A stretch of 64,000 nucleotides of DNA from the IMG/VR virus record IMGVR_UViG_2660238657_000001, positions 106,795 through 170,794 of that record, one strand, 5' to 3'. The translations under genes were made by a program, and so were the position numbers. Shown here piece after piece: positions 8,667 to 19,030 of the stretch (position 1 is the first letter of the stretch; each line of letters starts with the position of its first letter). Under the pieces are notes generated by a model that worked only from the letters and a program-made list of their open reading frames with translations, was not told where the DNA came from and did no database searches. The DNA comes from a virus (taxonomy: Duplodnaviria; Caudoviricetes).

Positions 8667-9314
8667 TTATAAAAATATCTTAGGGAAATCGTTTAAATCA
8701 AGGTCTATTTTTTTATAATTAATATCATTATTAAATTCAAAATCTTTTTTATGAACTACACTATCTATAATTATCAACTCAGGAAATTCACCTTCACATA
8801 TATTTTGTATTTCATTAGTTGGATACAACATATCATATTTTTTGAAATTATCATCATTATGATTAACAACAACTTCAATAAGGTTGTAATATATTTTTTC
8901 ATTAAATTTAAATATACAAAATCCATCGGATCTTACTGTACCATTCATCCAATATTGATTAGGTCTAAAATAAATAATATCTGCACCACTATAGATTAAT
9001 TCAGCTTGATAATCCAATATCGTTACATCATGTAAGCTAGGTCTAAGATTCTTATTTTTTTTAGTATCAAATATATAAATGTTTCGATTATTAAATTTTT
9101 TAGTTTTATAAACTCTTAGATACTCAGCTTCAACCATTCTATTTAAACGTCTTCTAGCAATAGCCTCACCTTGACTAGAAGATTTATAAAATATCTTTGA
9201 TATTTGTTTTGCTGTACAAAATCTACTTTGTTCTATATATCTTAAAATCGCTTTATCGTATTTCCCTGTCAATCTAACTAACATTTTAATTATCTCCCTT
9301 CTTATCGTTTTCAT
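8667..9314 (-). CDS. Replication-relaxation (Replic_Relax) family protein
   Basis: N-terminal wHTH 'ARRRLNRMVEAEYL', 'LHD' motif, 'VRSDG...LIEV' nuclease-like motif; directly downstream of ftsK; true start likely MLVRL overlapping the ftsK stop. Confidence 0.7.
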   Translation of the reverse strand: MKTIRREIIKMLVRLTGKYDKAILRYIEQSRFCTAKQISKIFYKSSSQGEAIARRRLNRMVEAEYLRVYKTKKFNNRNIYIFDTKKNKNLRPSLHDVTILDYQAELIYSGADIIYFRPNQYWMNGTVRSDGFCIFKFNEKIYYNLIEVVVNHNDDNFKKYDMLYPTNEIQNICEGEFPELIIIDSVVHKKDFEFNNDINYKKIDLDLNDFPKIFL

Positions 9315-11196
9315 TTTTATGATTTTTCTTATACTTTTCAGATTGCTTAAATACTATATCTGTTTCATCTATTATATTTACATCTGGCTTAGGTGGCTCA
9401 TACGGAACAAAATTGGGTATTCTCTTTATATTTTCTTTTATAATGTCCTCTTTATTTTTAGACTTAACTGTATTAACTTTATTGAAATTGGAATCTATAT
9501 TAGGATTCTGAGTAGGTTTGTTGCCTGTAGATTTAATATTAGGCTGAGTAATATTTGTATCATCTTTCTTGTCTTTAGAAATTGGTTTAGGCGTAGGTGT
9601 TATAGGAGTAATATCTATATTATTTTGACTATCGCCTTGATTATATTGATTAGGGAATTCAATGATTTTGCCTTTAGATTTTGATATATCTTCTGATTTT
9701 TTACTATGTTTATTAATTTTATCCATTTGAATTTTAATTTGATTTATCTTTTCTTTGAATTGGACTTCTCTATCTTTAGATTTAGAATGCCTATCATTTT
9801 TAGCTACTTTACAATCACTAACATGATGAACATTAGAACTCTCTTTTTTATTAGTCATACTCGGCTTTATATAGTTTAATATTCTACTTGATCCATTCTT
9901 ATTTCTTAGATTAGTTGTATATAGATATCCTTCACCACTATTGGATATATAATAAGCTTTTCTAGGTTGTAAGGTGGTTACTAGTTTGCCTCTGTCTTCA
10001 CCTAAAACAATTCTCCCACATACTTCATCTTTAAATCCAAAACATATTCTAGTATTAGATTGATTTTTTAAGAAAGTAGGCATCAAGGATTTTTCAGGTT
10101 TTTGATGAAGTATTATATAATTAACACCTAATGCACCTCCGTATTCAGCTATACTTTGTAAGATAGATATGATATGTGCTTTTACCTTAGAAGATTCTTT
10201 ATCTCCTTCAGAATTGGCTATATCCATAAATTCATCTATTATTATATAAATATACGGTAATTTTTTATCAGGATTAAGTTTATTATAATCATATAGGTTG
10301 TCACCCTTGAAGTTATTTAACATAGATGACATTAGATCCATTCTTGCGCTCATTTCGGTCTTTAGTTCATTTAAAACTTCTAATAATTTATCTAAATCAC
10401 TCATAGAAAAGCATTTTACTTGTTTACACTTTTGGTACTTACCTAAATCTCCTTTTGCAAATTGAAATAAATACAAATGTATATCATCTTCGCTACAATA
10501 GTAAATCCAAGAAGGTATAGCATGATCGATACATCCGTTTTTACCCATTCTGGTAGCCCCTGCAATAAGCACCATAGGCTCTATATTCATATCAAATATT
10601 ACAGGATGTCCTCCCTCATCAACTCCTGCACAAACTTGATAAGGTTCAACCTCTACAGGTTCAAAAGGTATCTTATTGCAATTTTCTATTAGTATAAACT
10701 TAGCGTTAGCATATCTTTTATTACTAAATTTTTCTAATACAAAAGTACAGCCAACATTGTTTTGTATCACGGTCGTCTTATTATCTAAATCGTCTATGCA
10801 ATATCCATCTGGAATAAGTATTCTACAACTAAATCCATAATTCTCGTGTTTTAAATTAACTAGTGTAAATGTCTTTTTAAATGCATTGATAAACTTGCAA
10901 TTAAACATTACATCTAGCCATCTTTCATTGAGATATTGTATTTCTTTATTTTTTCTATATTCTTCTTTTAACTTTGATTTGATATCTGATAATTTATCCT
11001 TAATAGATAATTTATTGATAGTATTATTTTCAACTATTTCATATTTGGGTTGCTTTAGTAGAGATTTGCCTATTTCCTTTCTATCTCTTACAACTATCTG
11101 AGACTTGCCTATATCAATCATTTTATTTTTATCCTGTTGAGTAAGTTTTTTATTTTTTATATGCATGAATACGAATTTCATATCATCACCTATCAA
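9286..11196 (-). CDS. FtsK/SpoIIIE-family ATPase
   Basis: Walker A 'AGATRMGKN', Walker B 'IIIDEF', 'LHQKP', 'RICF' motifs; low-complexity C-terminal tail. Confidence 0.85.
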   Translation of the reverse strand: MIGDDMKFVFMHIKNKKLTQQDKNKMIDIGKSQIVVRDRKEIGKSLLKQPKYEIVENNTINKLSIKDKLSDIKSKLKEEYRKNKEIQYLNERWLDVMFNCKFINAFKKTFTLVNLKHENYGFSCRILIPDGYCIDDLDNKTTVIQNNVGCTFVLEKFSNKRYANAKFILIENCNKIPFEPVEVEPYQVCAGVDEGGHPVIFDMNIEPMVLIAGATRMGKNGCIDHAIPSWIYYCSEDDIHLYLFQFAKGDLGKYQKCKQVKCFSMSDLDKLLEVLNELKTEMSARMDLMSSMLNNFKGDNLYDYNKLNPDKKLPYIYIIIDEFMDIANSEGDKESSKVKAHIISILQSIAEYGGALGVNYIILHQKPEKSLMPTFLKNQSNTRICFGFKDEVCGRIVLGEDRGKLVTTLQPRKAYYISNSGEGYLYTTNLRNKNGSSRILNYIKPSMTNKKESSNVHHVSDCKVAKNDRHSKSKDREVQFKEKINQIKIQMDKINKHSKKSEDISKSKGKIIEFPNQYNQGDSQNNIDITPITPTPKPISKDKKDDTNITQPNIKSTGNKPTQNPNIDSNFNKVNTVKSKNKEDIIKENIKRIPNFVPYEPPKPDVNIIDETDIVFKQSEKYKKNHKNENDKKGDN

Positions 11197-11378
11197 AATA
11201 AATTTTTATCTTCAAGACTTTTGCTTATATTTTTGTCTAATCTCTTAGCCTTTTTGATCCTAGATGTTAAATCGGCATATTTAAAGTTGTTTTTGTTACC
11301 AATTTTAGTTAATGATATATAACATATCATTCCGATTGACCAACCACCTATTAATAACCCGTAAGGCACGAAAATCAA
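11193..11378 (-). CDS. Small membrane protein leading the ftsK operon
   Basis: 61 aa, N-terminal TM, AGGAG RBS, overlaps ftsK start. Confidence 0.6.
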   Translation of the reverse strand: MIFVPYGLLIGGWSIGMICYISLTKIGNKNNFKYADLTSRIKKAKRLDKNISKSLEDKNLF

Positions 11379-11528
11379 CTCCTTAATGTTTATTTTCTAT
11401 ATCTTATACTATATGCTATGACATATGCTTTAAAAGTGTGACACGGTTATTATGAATAATAAAATTTCTTTTGCAAAAGATATATCTAAAAATATATTAG
11501 GCTAAATCATATTAAAGGACGTGATGAT

Positions 11529-12161
11529 TTGAGATCTATTAAAAGATTTATTAATAACTTGAGATTACTATGTTGTGGGATACTTTTAATAATGTTGTAT
11601 AATCATATAGAAAAAATACAACAATTAATAATTAATCTATTTAAGCTAGGCATAAATTTGGTCATAATAGTGGGAGGCTTTTATATTTTATTGAAATTTA
11701 CTAAGTGGATTTATTATGCTTACAGGTGGAGATATACAGACTATACATGTTTTGATATCTCAAGGAAGATAAAGGGTATGTCACCTAGAGAATTTGAAGT
11801 ATTTGTAGCAAACCTCTTTACACAATTAGGATATAATGCTAAAGCAACTGTAGAAACATGCGATGGTGGTAAAGATGTTATAGCTACAAATAATAAAGAA
11901 AAAATATATATAGAATGTAAGCATTGGAATATGAATAATTTGATAGGAAGAGAAATATTACAAAAGTTAGTTGGAAGTGCAATTGGAGACGATGCTACAA
12001 GAGCAATAGTTATAACCACTAGTAAATATAATAAAAACGCTTTAGAATATGCTGAAAAAGTACCTTGGTTAGAGCTATGGACTATGAAAGATATTATAAA
12101 AGCACTAAATAAAATAGAAGATAATAAAAAGGGATACGTAGTGAACTGCTTAGAAGGGTAA
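11529..12161 (+). CDS. Membrane-anchored Mrr-family restriction endonuclease
   Basis: Two N-terminal TMs; 'PREFEVFVANLF...DGGKDVIA...IECKHW' Mrr_cat motif. Confidence 0.85.
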   Translation: MRSIKRFINNLRLLCCGILLIMLYNHIEKIQQLIINLFKLGINLVIIVGGFYILLKFTKWIYYAYRWRYTDYTCFDISRKIKGMSPREFEVFVANLFTQLGYNAKATVETCDGGKDVIATNNKEKIYIECKHWNMNNLIGREILQKLVGSAIGDDATRAIVITTSKYNKNALEYAEKVPWLELWTMKDIIKALNKIEDNKKGYVVNCLEG

Positions 12162-12269
12162 GATGCCCTTCTTTATTTTTTACATAAATTAGAGAATAGC
12201 TTAATCTAATACTTTGAATTACAATATATGCTAATTCGTGATATAATATTATTAGATTGATTACAAAAA

Positions 12270-12630
12270 TAACTATGACATGAGGTTGAATATAAAAAGA
12301 ATACAATATGACTAACATTTGAACATAATATGACTGTAGTATAAACATAGTTTAAATATAATTTAAATATTATTAGACTAATATAAGACTATAGTCAGAC
12401 TATCATATAGATATAATTAGAAAATATTTTGAATAATATATGAAAAAAAGTACACATTTTCTAAGTAATATAGTATAATATAGTAAAGAAAGAAATAAAC
12501 ATGATATGAATATATTTTAACTATAGTTTGACATAGGTTTGACTATAGTATGAATTAATAAAGAATGTATTATGAATATTTTTTTACATTACTGCGACTA
12601 CTATTAGAATAAAAAAAGTCAGACTAAGAT
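12270..12630. promoter_or_regulatory. Putative tubC/tubS centromere (TubR-binding iterons)
   Basis: Many GACTA/TAGTC-core repeats (e.g. taagactatagtcagactat, ttgactatag, tcagactaag) directly upstream of tubR. Confidence 0.6.
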
Positions 12631-12658
12631 TGTAGTTAGAACAAGAGGTGATTGAAGA

Positions 12659-12904
12659 ATGGCAGTAAATAAAAATGAATATAAAATATTAATAATGCTT
12701 AAAGAAAATCAATGCACTACAGAATTAAAATCATTTACTTATACTAAACTCTGTAAGATTTCTGAATTATCTATGTCAACAGTACGACGAAGTATTAAAA
12801 AATTCTTAGAGTTGCAATACGTAAAAGAAGGCTGTAAACAAGGGATAAGTAAGACTTTTTATATTACACCAAACGGAATAGAAAAGTTAAAATCAATAAT
12901 GTAA
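12659..12904 (+). CDS. tubR: TubR centromere-binding protein
   Basis: 81-aa wHTH directly upstream of tubZ, as in C. botulinum phage c-st. Confidence 0.85.
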   Translation: MAVNKNEYKILIMLKENQCTTELKSFTYTKLCKISELSMSTVRRSIKKFLELQYVKEGCKQGISKTFYITPNGIEKLKSIM

Positions 12905-12921
12905 AATAGGGGGAGTTATAA

Positions 12922-13992
12922 ATGAAAAATAGAATAGTTTTTGCACCAATAGGACAAGGTGGAGGAAACATAGTAGATACTTTATTAGGTGTATGTGGAG
13001 ATTATAATGCACTATTTATAAATACTAGTAAGAAAGATTTAGATTCATTGAAAAATGCAAAACATACTTATCATATACCTTTTGCAGAAGGTTGTGGGAA
13101 AGAAAGAAAAAAAGCCATTGGATATGCTCAAACTTATTATAAACAGATAATAGCTCAAATAATGGAGAAATTTTCTTCATGTGATATAGTTATATTTGTA
13201 GCAACAATGGCAGGAGGAACTGGATCAGGTATAACACCTCCAATTTTAGGACTAGCAAAGCAAATGTATCCAAACAAACATTTCGGATTTGTAGGAGTTT
13301 TACCTAAAGATACGGAAGATATAGATGAACATACAAACGCTATATCTTGTTGGAACGATATCATGAAAAGTACTAATGATGGTAAAGATATATCAATATA
13401 TTTACTAGATAATAACAAAAGAGAAAAAGAATCTGATATAAATAAGGAATTTGCTATGTTATTCAATGACTTTATGAATATGAGTGAGTCTCATGCTGAA
13501 GGTGTTGTTGACGAAGATGAAATAGGCAAATTATTAACAATGAAAAAGAGTAATGTAATATTAGAATTTGATGATAAAGAAGATATAAAAGTGGCGTTAG
13601 CTAAGAGTTTAAAAGAAAGTATATTTGCAGAATATACAACAAATACTTGTGAATTCATGGGAATATCTACTACAAGAGTCGTTGATGTTGAAGCAATTAA
13701 GAACATAGTTGGATTACCAAGAAGAACATTTAAAGGATACAATAGTAAGAAAAATATAGTTGTGGCAACTGGTATAGAACCTCAAAAAACATCAATAGAA
13801 ACGCTAAATTTAATTATAGAAGATAAAATGAAACAAAGAGAGGGTCAAACTTCAAATGAGGATATGGTTGTGAAGCCAGTAACTACAGAGCAAGAAGCTA
13901 GTCAGCCAATAGCCTCTCAAAATAAAGAAATAAGTATAGATAATGTTGAAAAAGAAATAGACATAAATGATTTCTTTAGTAAATATATGTAA
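12922..13992 (+). CDS. tubZ: TubZ tubulin/FtsZ-like partition GTPase
   Basis: 'GQGGGN' and 'GGTGSG' tubulin signature motifs; c-st-like sequence. Confidence 0.95.
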   Translation: MKNRIVFAPIGQGGGNIVDTLLGVCGDYNALFINTSKKDLDSLKNAKHTYHIPFAEGCGKERKKAIGYAQTYYKQIIAQIMEKFSSCDIVIFVATMAGGTGSGITPPILGLAKQMYPNKHFGFVGVLPKDTEDIDEHTNAISCWNDIMKSTNDGKDISIYLLDNNKREKESDINKEFAMLFNDFMNMSESHAEGVVDEDEIGKLLTMKKSNVILEFDDKEDIKVALAKSLKESIFAEYTTNTCEFMGISTTRVVDVEAIKNIVGLPRRTFKGYNSKKNIVVATGIEPQKTSIETLNLIIEDKMKQREGQTSNEDMVVKPVTTEQEASQPIASQNKEISIDNVEKEIDINDFFSKYM

Positions 13993-14210
13993 TACAAAAA
14001 TAAGAGAGGACTAATCCTCTTTTATTTTTTACTTTAATAGTACTTTAATCTCAATTTAAGTACTATTAAAGTAAATGTATGCATTGAAAATACTAGTGTG
14101 TATGAATTTATATATATCTAACGCAGTTGAAAAAGCACGCCCATTAAAGCTTGTATTAAAGTTGTTTTGATTTACAATATAAGGTATAATTTGATTGAGG
14201 TGATACTATT

Positions 14211-14942
14211 ATGAAGGAAGAAAATCTTAAATATGTAGATGTTGATTATTCTAATATTGATGAAGAACTTACTTATAAAACTCCTGAAGTTGCTGAAATC
14301 TTAAATGAGAACGAAAGTACAATTAGATATTGGTGTGATTGTTTTAGTGATTATATTCATATAGAACGTGAAGGACGCAATAGAAAATTTACCAAAGAAA
14401 ATATAGATGATTTAGCATATACAAGAGAGCTACTTAAAAAAGAACGTCTTACAATAAAACAAGCACAAAAAAGATGGGAAGATTTAAAAAGAAATCCCTC
14501 ATCAAGTACTAAAGTTGCTTCTATAAGAGAAATACCATCTCAAAATGAAGATATTCTAAATGAACAAGCATTATTAAAACTAGAAGAAATAAAAAAACAA
14601 TTTTTAAAAGATATATCTATTCAAATTAACAATACTATTTCAGAACAGCTATCTGTAGCTTTGAACTCTCATAATGAAGCCTTAGAGCGAACTCAATCTG
14701 AATTAAAGGATTATATATCAGCCACAATTGAAGACAAGCTGGAGGCAAATATGGACAATCTAAAGGCACATATAGACGCTACTACAGAAAATACTAATAA
14801 GGAAATCGAGAAAGTTTATAACAAAGATATAGAGTTAGTAAATAATCTGAAGAAACATATGGAAGATCGTAGAAAGCAAAACGAAGAACAAAACAAAGAG
14901 CAGGACAAAAAGGGATTCTTCAGAAAATTGTTCAAGAGATAA
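14211..14942 (+). CDS. tubY: TubY, MerR-like HTH + coiled coil partition modulator
   Basis: N-terminal MerR HTH, coiled coil, C-terminal amphipathic 'KKGFFRKLFKR'; downstream of tubZ. Confidence 0.85.
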   Translation: MKEENLKYVDVDYSNIDEELTYKTPEVAEILNENESTIRYWCDCFSDYIHIEREGRNRKFTKENIDDLAYTRELLKKERLTIKQAQKRWEDLKRNPSSSTKVASIREIPSQNEDILNEQALLKLEEIKKQFLKDISIQINNTISEQLSVALNSHNEALERTQSELKDYISATIEDKLEANMDNLKAHIDATTENTNKEIEKVYNKDIELVNNLKKHMEDRRKQNEEQNKEQDKKGFFRKLFKR

Positions 14943-15109
14943 TAAGGGGTAATAGAGTTTATCCCTATGTTTTTAGAACAAATGAAGATTAATTAAAATA
15001 AAACATAAACATTGTAAATCATAAATTAGTATGATATACTATATGTAAGTTAAGAGAAATTAAGGAATCACAATATATCAAATAATTAAAGGTAAAGGGG
15101 AGTTTTACA

Positions 15110-15295
15110 ATGAAAACTATAGCAATTAACTCACAACGTATGGCAGGTTGGTTAATGTTCAATAGATTCAATCTAGTAAGAATAGAATCTGATAAAAGAG
15201 ATAATTCGAGAAATGTATATTTATTCAAAGATACTCAGGAATTAAGACAATGCATGAATAGATATAATGAGTTTAAAAGTATGATAGATGAGTAA
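15110..15295 (+). CDS. DUF5659-like small protein
   Basis: 'MAGWLMFNRF...NVYLFKDTQEL' pattern; GGGGAG RBS. Confidence 0.7.
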   Translation: MKTIAINSQRMAGWLMFNRFNLVRIESDKRDNSRNVYLFKDTQELRQCMNRYNEFKSMIDE

Positions 15296-15361
15296 AATTT
15301 TAAATTATATTAAAAAATAATTAAAACAACATTAAAACAGCAATAGGCTAGGAGTGATATA

Positions 15362-15547
15362 ATGTACTATGTGATTAAAACTAAAAGGTTAAAAAATTAT
15401 CTGTATTCACTAGGATTTAATTTCAAGCAGTCTATAGATAAAACAGGTAGACAAAAATATATTTTCTTATTCAAAAACACAAATGAATTAAATATAGCTA
15501 TCAATTTTTATCGCAATTTTAAAAATATATATATGAAGATAATTTAA
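15362..15547 (+). CDS. DUF5659-like small protein (paralog)
   Basis: 'LKNYLYSLGF...IFLFKNTNEL'; AGGAG RBS. Confidence 0.7.
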   Translation: MYYVIKTKRLKNYLYSLGFNFKQSIDKTGRQKYIFLFKNTNELNIAINFYRNFKNIYMKII

Positions 15548-15550
15548 ATA

Positions 15551-15616
15551 TGCTATTGCAAAAACGCTTACGCTGTTCATCATATTTTGACCAGTCCAAG
15601 CGTTTTTGCAATAGCA
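15551..15616. repeat. Perfect 19-bp inverted repeat in candidate replication origin
   Basis: TGCTATTGCAAAAACGCTT (15551-15569) / AAGCGTTTTTGCAATAGCA (15598-15616); CAGTCCAAGC occurs twice; A-rich tract follows. Confidence 0.7.
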
Positions 15617-15754
15617 CAAGCGAACAGTCCAAGCAAAAATGCAACAAGATTGAAGTGTATAAAAAGAAAAGTATTATAAAAAGAAAATATAATAAAAACA
15701 ATTAGAGTTAGCCGAACAAGTTCGTGCTAACGTCAGCTCAAAATTTCAGGATAG

Positions 15755-16513
15755 GTGGGTAGTAGCATGATAAATAAAGAATATTACATTACATTAAAAA
15801 ATGAATTACATATCTCTAATAATATTACAAATGAAGAATTGGTAATATTGGCTTTAATAAAAAGGAATTATAGTCCAATTAAAGAAGTGTCTATTGCTAG
15901 TATTAATATATTGATGAATTATATGTATATATTAAATAGGAATAGCAATATGATTAAAATAATTAAATCATCAATAAATGGTCTTATGTTTAAAGGATAC
16001 ATAAAACAAATAATGGACTTACACTATAGTCCAATTGAATTTGACACTATTAAAAATTCAGATGTGTTCTACATTGAAATAGAAAATGATTTTGATAATT
16101 ACTTTTGCATATATGACTATGATCTTGATAAGATATTCAATTACTTACATAATACAAATATAGATAGGTTTGCTTTTGTTAGGTATTACATAGCTATTCA
16201 GAGAGTAATTAATAATAACGCTAAGTTTGGATGGCTAACTCAAAGTTCTATTAAGAATATTATTAATCATAGCAAAACAATATCTAAATACAATAAGATA
16301 CTTGCAGATGAATTAAATCTAATCATATATAACAATAACTATATCACTCAAGATAGACATTATTGTTCCACTTATTTTGGTAAGTATGGAGATGATATTA
16401 ACTTTAATAAACAGTTGCAAATAGAAATAGGTGCTAAAGGGTTAGTATATACTGATAAGATCAATAGCAATATTAAACGAAGCAATAACCAAAAGAAAAA
16501 TTATTCAAATTAA
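15755..16513 (+). CDS. Hypothetical protein, possible replication initiator
   Basis: 252 aa with two wHTH-like segments, next to the inverted repeat and partition locus; function inferred from position. Confidence 0.55.
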   Translation: MGSSMINKEYYITLKNELHISNNITNEELVILALIKRNYSPIKEVSIASINILMNYMYILNRNSNMIKIIKSSINGLMFKGYIKQIMDLHYSPIEFDTIKNSDVFYIEIENDFDNYFCIYDYDLDKIFNYLHNTNIDRFAFVRYYIAIQRVINNNAKFGWLTQSSIKNIINHSKTISKYNKILADELNLIIYNNNYITQDRHYCSTYFGKYGDDINFNKQLQIEIGAKGLVYTDKINSNIKRSNNQKKNYSN

Positions 16514-16776
16514 ATAAAAATTAGTTAAAATAATACTTGACATAGTTGGAGAGAGGTGATAATATAATAAATGTAGACAGGAACGAAACGAATGTAACTG
16601 AAAAGTAATAATAAAGACAAATTAAAATAATTTAAAACAAACATAAAGTTTCTTCCAATAGGAACGAGAATAGAAAGGAGGATGATAAAATGACTTAAAT
16701 CACAAGAAATTAGAAGTTGTATTGATAATAGTTAATAAAAATTAATTAAAATATATGAGGAAGGGATGATTGACCT

Positions 16777-17877
16777 ATGCAAATGATAGAAATATCAAAA
16801 TTACAACCACATCCAAGAAATCAAGAGTTCTTCGATGATATTCCCAAAGAAAGATGGGACGATTTTATAAAATCCATAGTAAGAAGAGGAGTAGTTGAAG
16901 CAATAGTAGTAACTCAAGACTTATTAATAGTAAGTGGGCACCAAAGAGTTAGAGCTTGTAAGGAGATTGGTATATTAGAAATACCATGTAGGATTACTCA
17001 TTATCCAGAGGAAGATGAGAAATTACATATTCCAAAAGAAGATATGATATTAGAAGATTTGATATGTACGAACATCATGCAAAGAGGTGTAGGTAATGTA
17101 AATCCTATGAAAATGGCTAGATGTATAAGAGAATTAGAAAGGATTTATGGGATTAAAAATGGTGGCAATAATTTTAGAGGAAATCAATATATTAGAGCGG
17201 ATAGATCGAATGCTGACACTTATAAAAAAACACAAGCAGATTTAGCCAAGCAAATAGGGATAGACCAAAGACAATTACAAAATTACAAAAAACTCAATGA
17301 ACTTATCCCTGAATTACAATCATTAGTTGAAACAGGTATGTTGAAATCTACCACGGCATATAAAATATGGGCTAAGTTACCACAGGATGAACAAGAAAAG
17401 TTTTTTAATGATATTGGTCAAGAAAAGATTAAACAGCTCACACAAAAGAAAACAGAACAAATTATAAGTGAGAAAAAGCAAATAGACGAGAAAAAATTAA
17501 GTGAAAGTAAAATTTATAACACTTTAAAGAATCAAAATAAAATTCAACAAAGGAAACCGATTTCTAATCAAGTTTTAAAATCATTAGCTATAAGAAGTAA
17601 AGGTTTTTGTGAAATATGTGGATGGGGTGGACAAGGATTAGAAAACATATTAGTTAATCATCATATACAGAAATATAGTGATACAAAAGATAATTCATTA
17701 AACAACTTAATTATGATATGTCCTAATTGTCATGGAATGATACATACGTTAGAAAATTGTAATGATAATAATATTAAAAACAATATTCTGTATCACTTGA
17801 ATGTTGAGGTGAGTGAAAAAATCCAATTTTATACTAAAGAATTAACAAATAAAAAAATGTGTCAATCAATATATTAA
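16777..17877 (+). CDS. ParB/Srx N-terminal domain protein fused to HNH endonuclease
   Basis: 'LQPHPRN...IVSGHQRVRA' ParB-N; HTH; C-terminal 'CEICG...HHI...NLIMICPNCH..IH' HNH. Confidence 0.85.
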   Translation: MQMIEISKLQPHPRNQEFFDDIPKERWDDFIKSIVRRGVVEAIVVTQDLLIVSGHQRVRACKEIGILEIPCRITHYPEEDEKLHIPKEDMILEDLICTNIMQRGVGNVNPMKMARCIRELERIYGIKNGGNNFRGNQYIRADRSNADTYKKTQADLAKQIGIDQRQLQNYKKLNELIPELQSLVETGMLKSTTAYKIWAKLPQDEQEKFFNDIGQEKIKQLTQKKTEQIISEKKQIDEKKLSESKIYNTLKNQNKIQQRKPISNQVLKSLAIRSKGFCEICGWGGQGLENILVNHHIQKYSDTKDNSLNNLIMICPNCHGMIHTLENCNDNNIKNNILYHLNVEVSEKIQFYTKELTNKKMCQSIY

Positions 17878-17956
17878 AATATAACATTAGAATTTAGCGA
17901 TATTGTATAAAAAATTGATTTAAATAATAAAAAATAGATAAAGAAGGGATGATTCA

Positions 17957-18907
17957 ATGAAAATTAATAAAAACAATACATCATTAGAAATGGAAGAAAT
18001 GGTAGCAACTCAATTACATAGTTGGGAGTTAGTATTACGTAGAAAGAACTTGGTGCAATCTACAATAGATAGAAAGATTAAAAATATTACAGATTTTTAT
18101 ATACATCTAATGCAATTAAGAAAAAATCATAATAAAATAACAAAAGATACCGTTAGCCAAATTGCATTTGAATATGTCAGAGATGGGTATTTTTCAGAAG
18201 ATAATATAGATAATACAGGATCTTATGGGTATAGGAGAAACATATTTTATAATATAAAAGAGGGATTTAATTACATATATGAAGGTGTGTTTAATAAAAA
18301 AGAAGTTATCAAAGAATTAAATGAAAAGCAAAAAGAACACTTAGATGAAATTAGCCAGAACAAATTTTTTAGAGTAACAGGTATTAAAGATGATAAAGAA
18401 ACATTACAAACTAAACTGATAGAAGAATTAGGAATTAAAGTTTATTTTGATAAAGATAATTTACCATATGTTTATAGTCATGAACTAGCTGAAAATTTAA
18501 ACATTCAAAACAAGCACATTAGAGAAAAACTGCATAAATTACTAGACGAAAAGGACGGTCGAAACTTCGACACTCCTTTAAAATATAGCAATTTCAACGC
18601 ATTGGAAGATGTATACATAAATTCTCAAAATAAAAAACAACCAACTTTTAGATTATATAAGGATATGTTATATTTATATCTTATGGATACAACAGGACAA
18701 GGAACAAAAAGATTAGATATATTAAAATTTAAAATGAAATATATAGATGCGTTTAATTATATAGAACATGAATACAATAGACTATTAAAAGAATATGCAA
18801 ATTTAAAAGATTCATTTTTGACTATGTTTAATGATATAAGAAAAAGAAACAGAGATTTGTTAATTACAGAACATAATAAAAAAGCTATGAAAAGAAAAGC
18901 AAGTTAA
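17957..18907 (+). CDS. Rha-family phage regulatory protein with N-terminal extension
   Basis: 'VYSHELAE...HIRE...YINSQNKKQP...FKMKYIDAFN' Rha motifs. Confidence 0.75.
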   Translation: MKINKNNTSLEMEEMVATQLHSWELVLRRKNLVQSTIDRKIKNITDFYIHLMQLRKNHNKITKDTVSQIAFEYVRDGYFSEDNIDNTGSYGYRRNIFYNIKEGFNYIYEGVFNKKEVIKELNEKQKEHLDEISQNKFFRVTGIKDDKETLQTKLIEELGIKVYFDKDNLPYVYSHELAENLNIQNKHIREKLHKLLDEKDGRNFDTPLKYSNFNALEDVYINSQNKKQPTFRLYKDMLYLYLMDTTGQGTKRLDILKFKMKYIDAFNYIEHEYNRLLKEYANLKDSFLTMFNDIRKRNRDLLITEHNKKAMKRKAS

Positions 18908-19030
18908 AATAAACAATTATACATATATATTTTCAAACATAAGATAAACATATTAAAACACAAAAGATAAAATTTTAATAATGCAATAATAAAATTAAAT
19001 TAAAATATAAAATTAAAAGGAGAGATAGTT

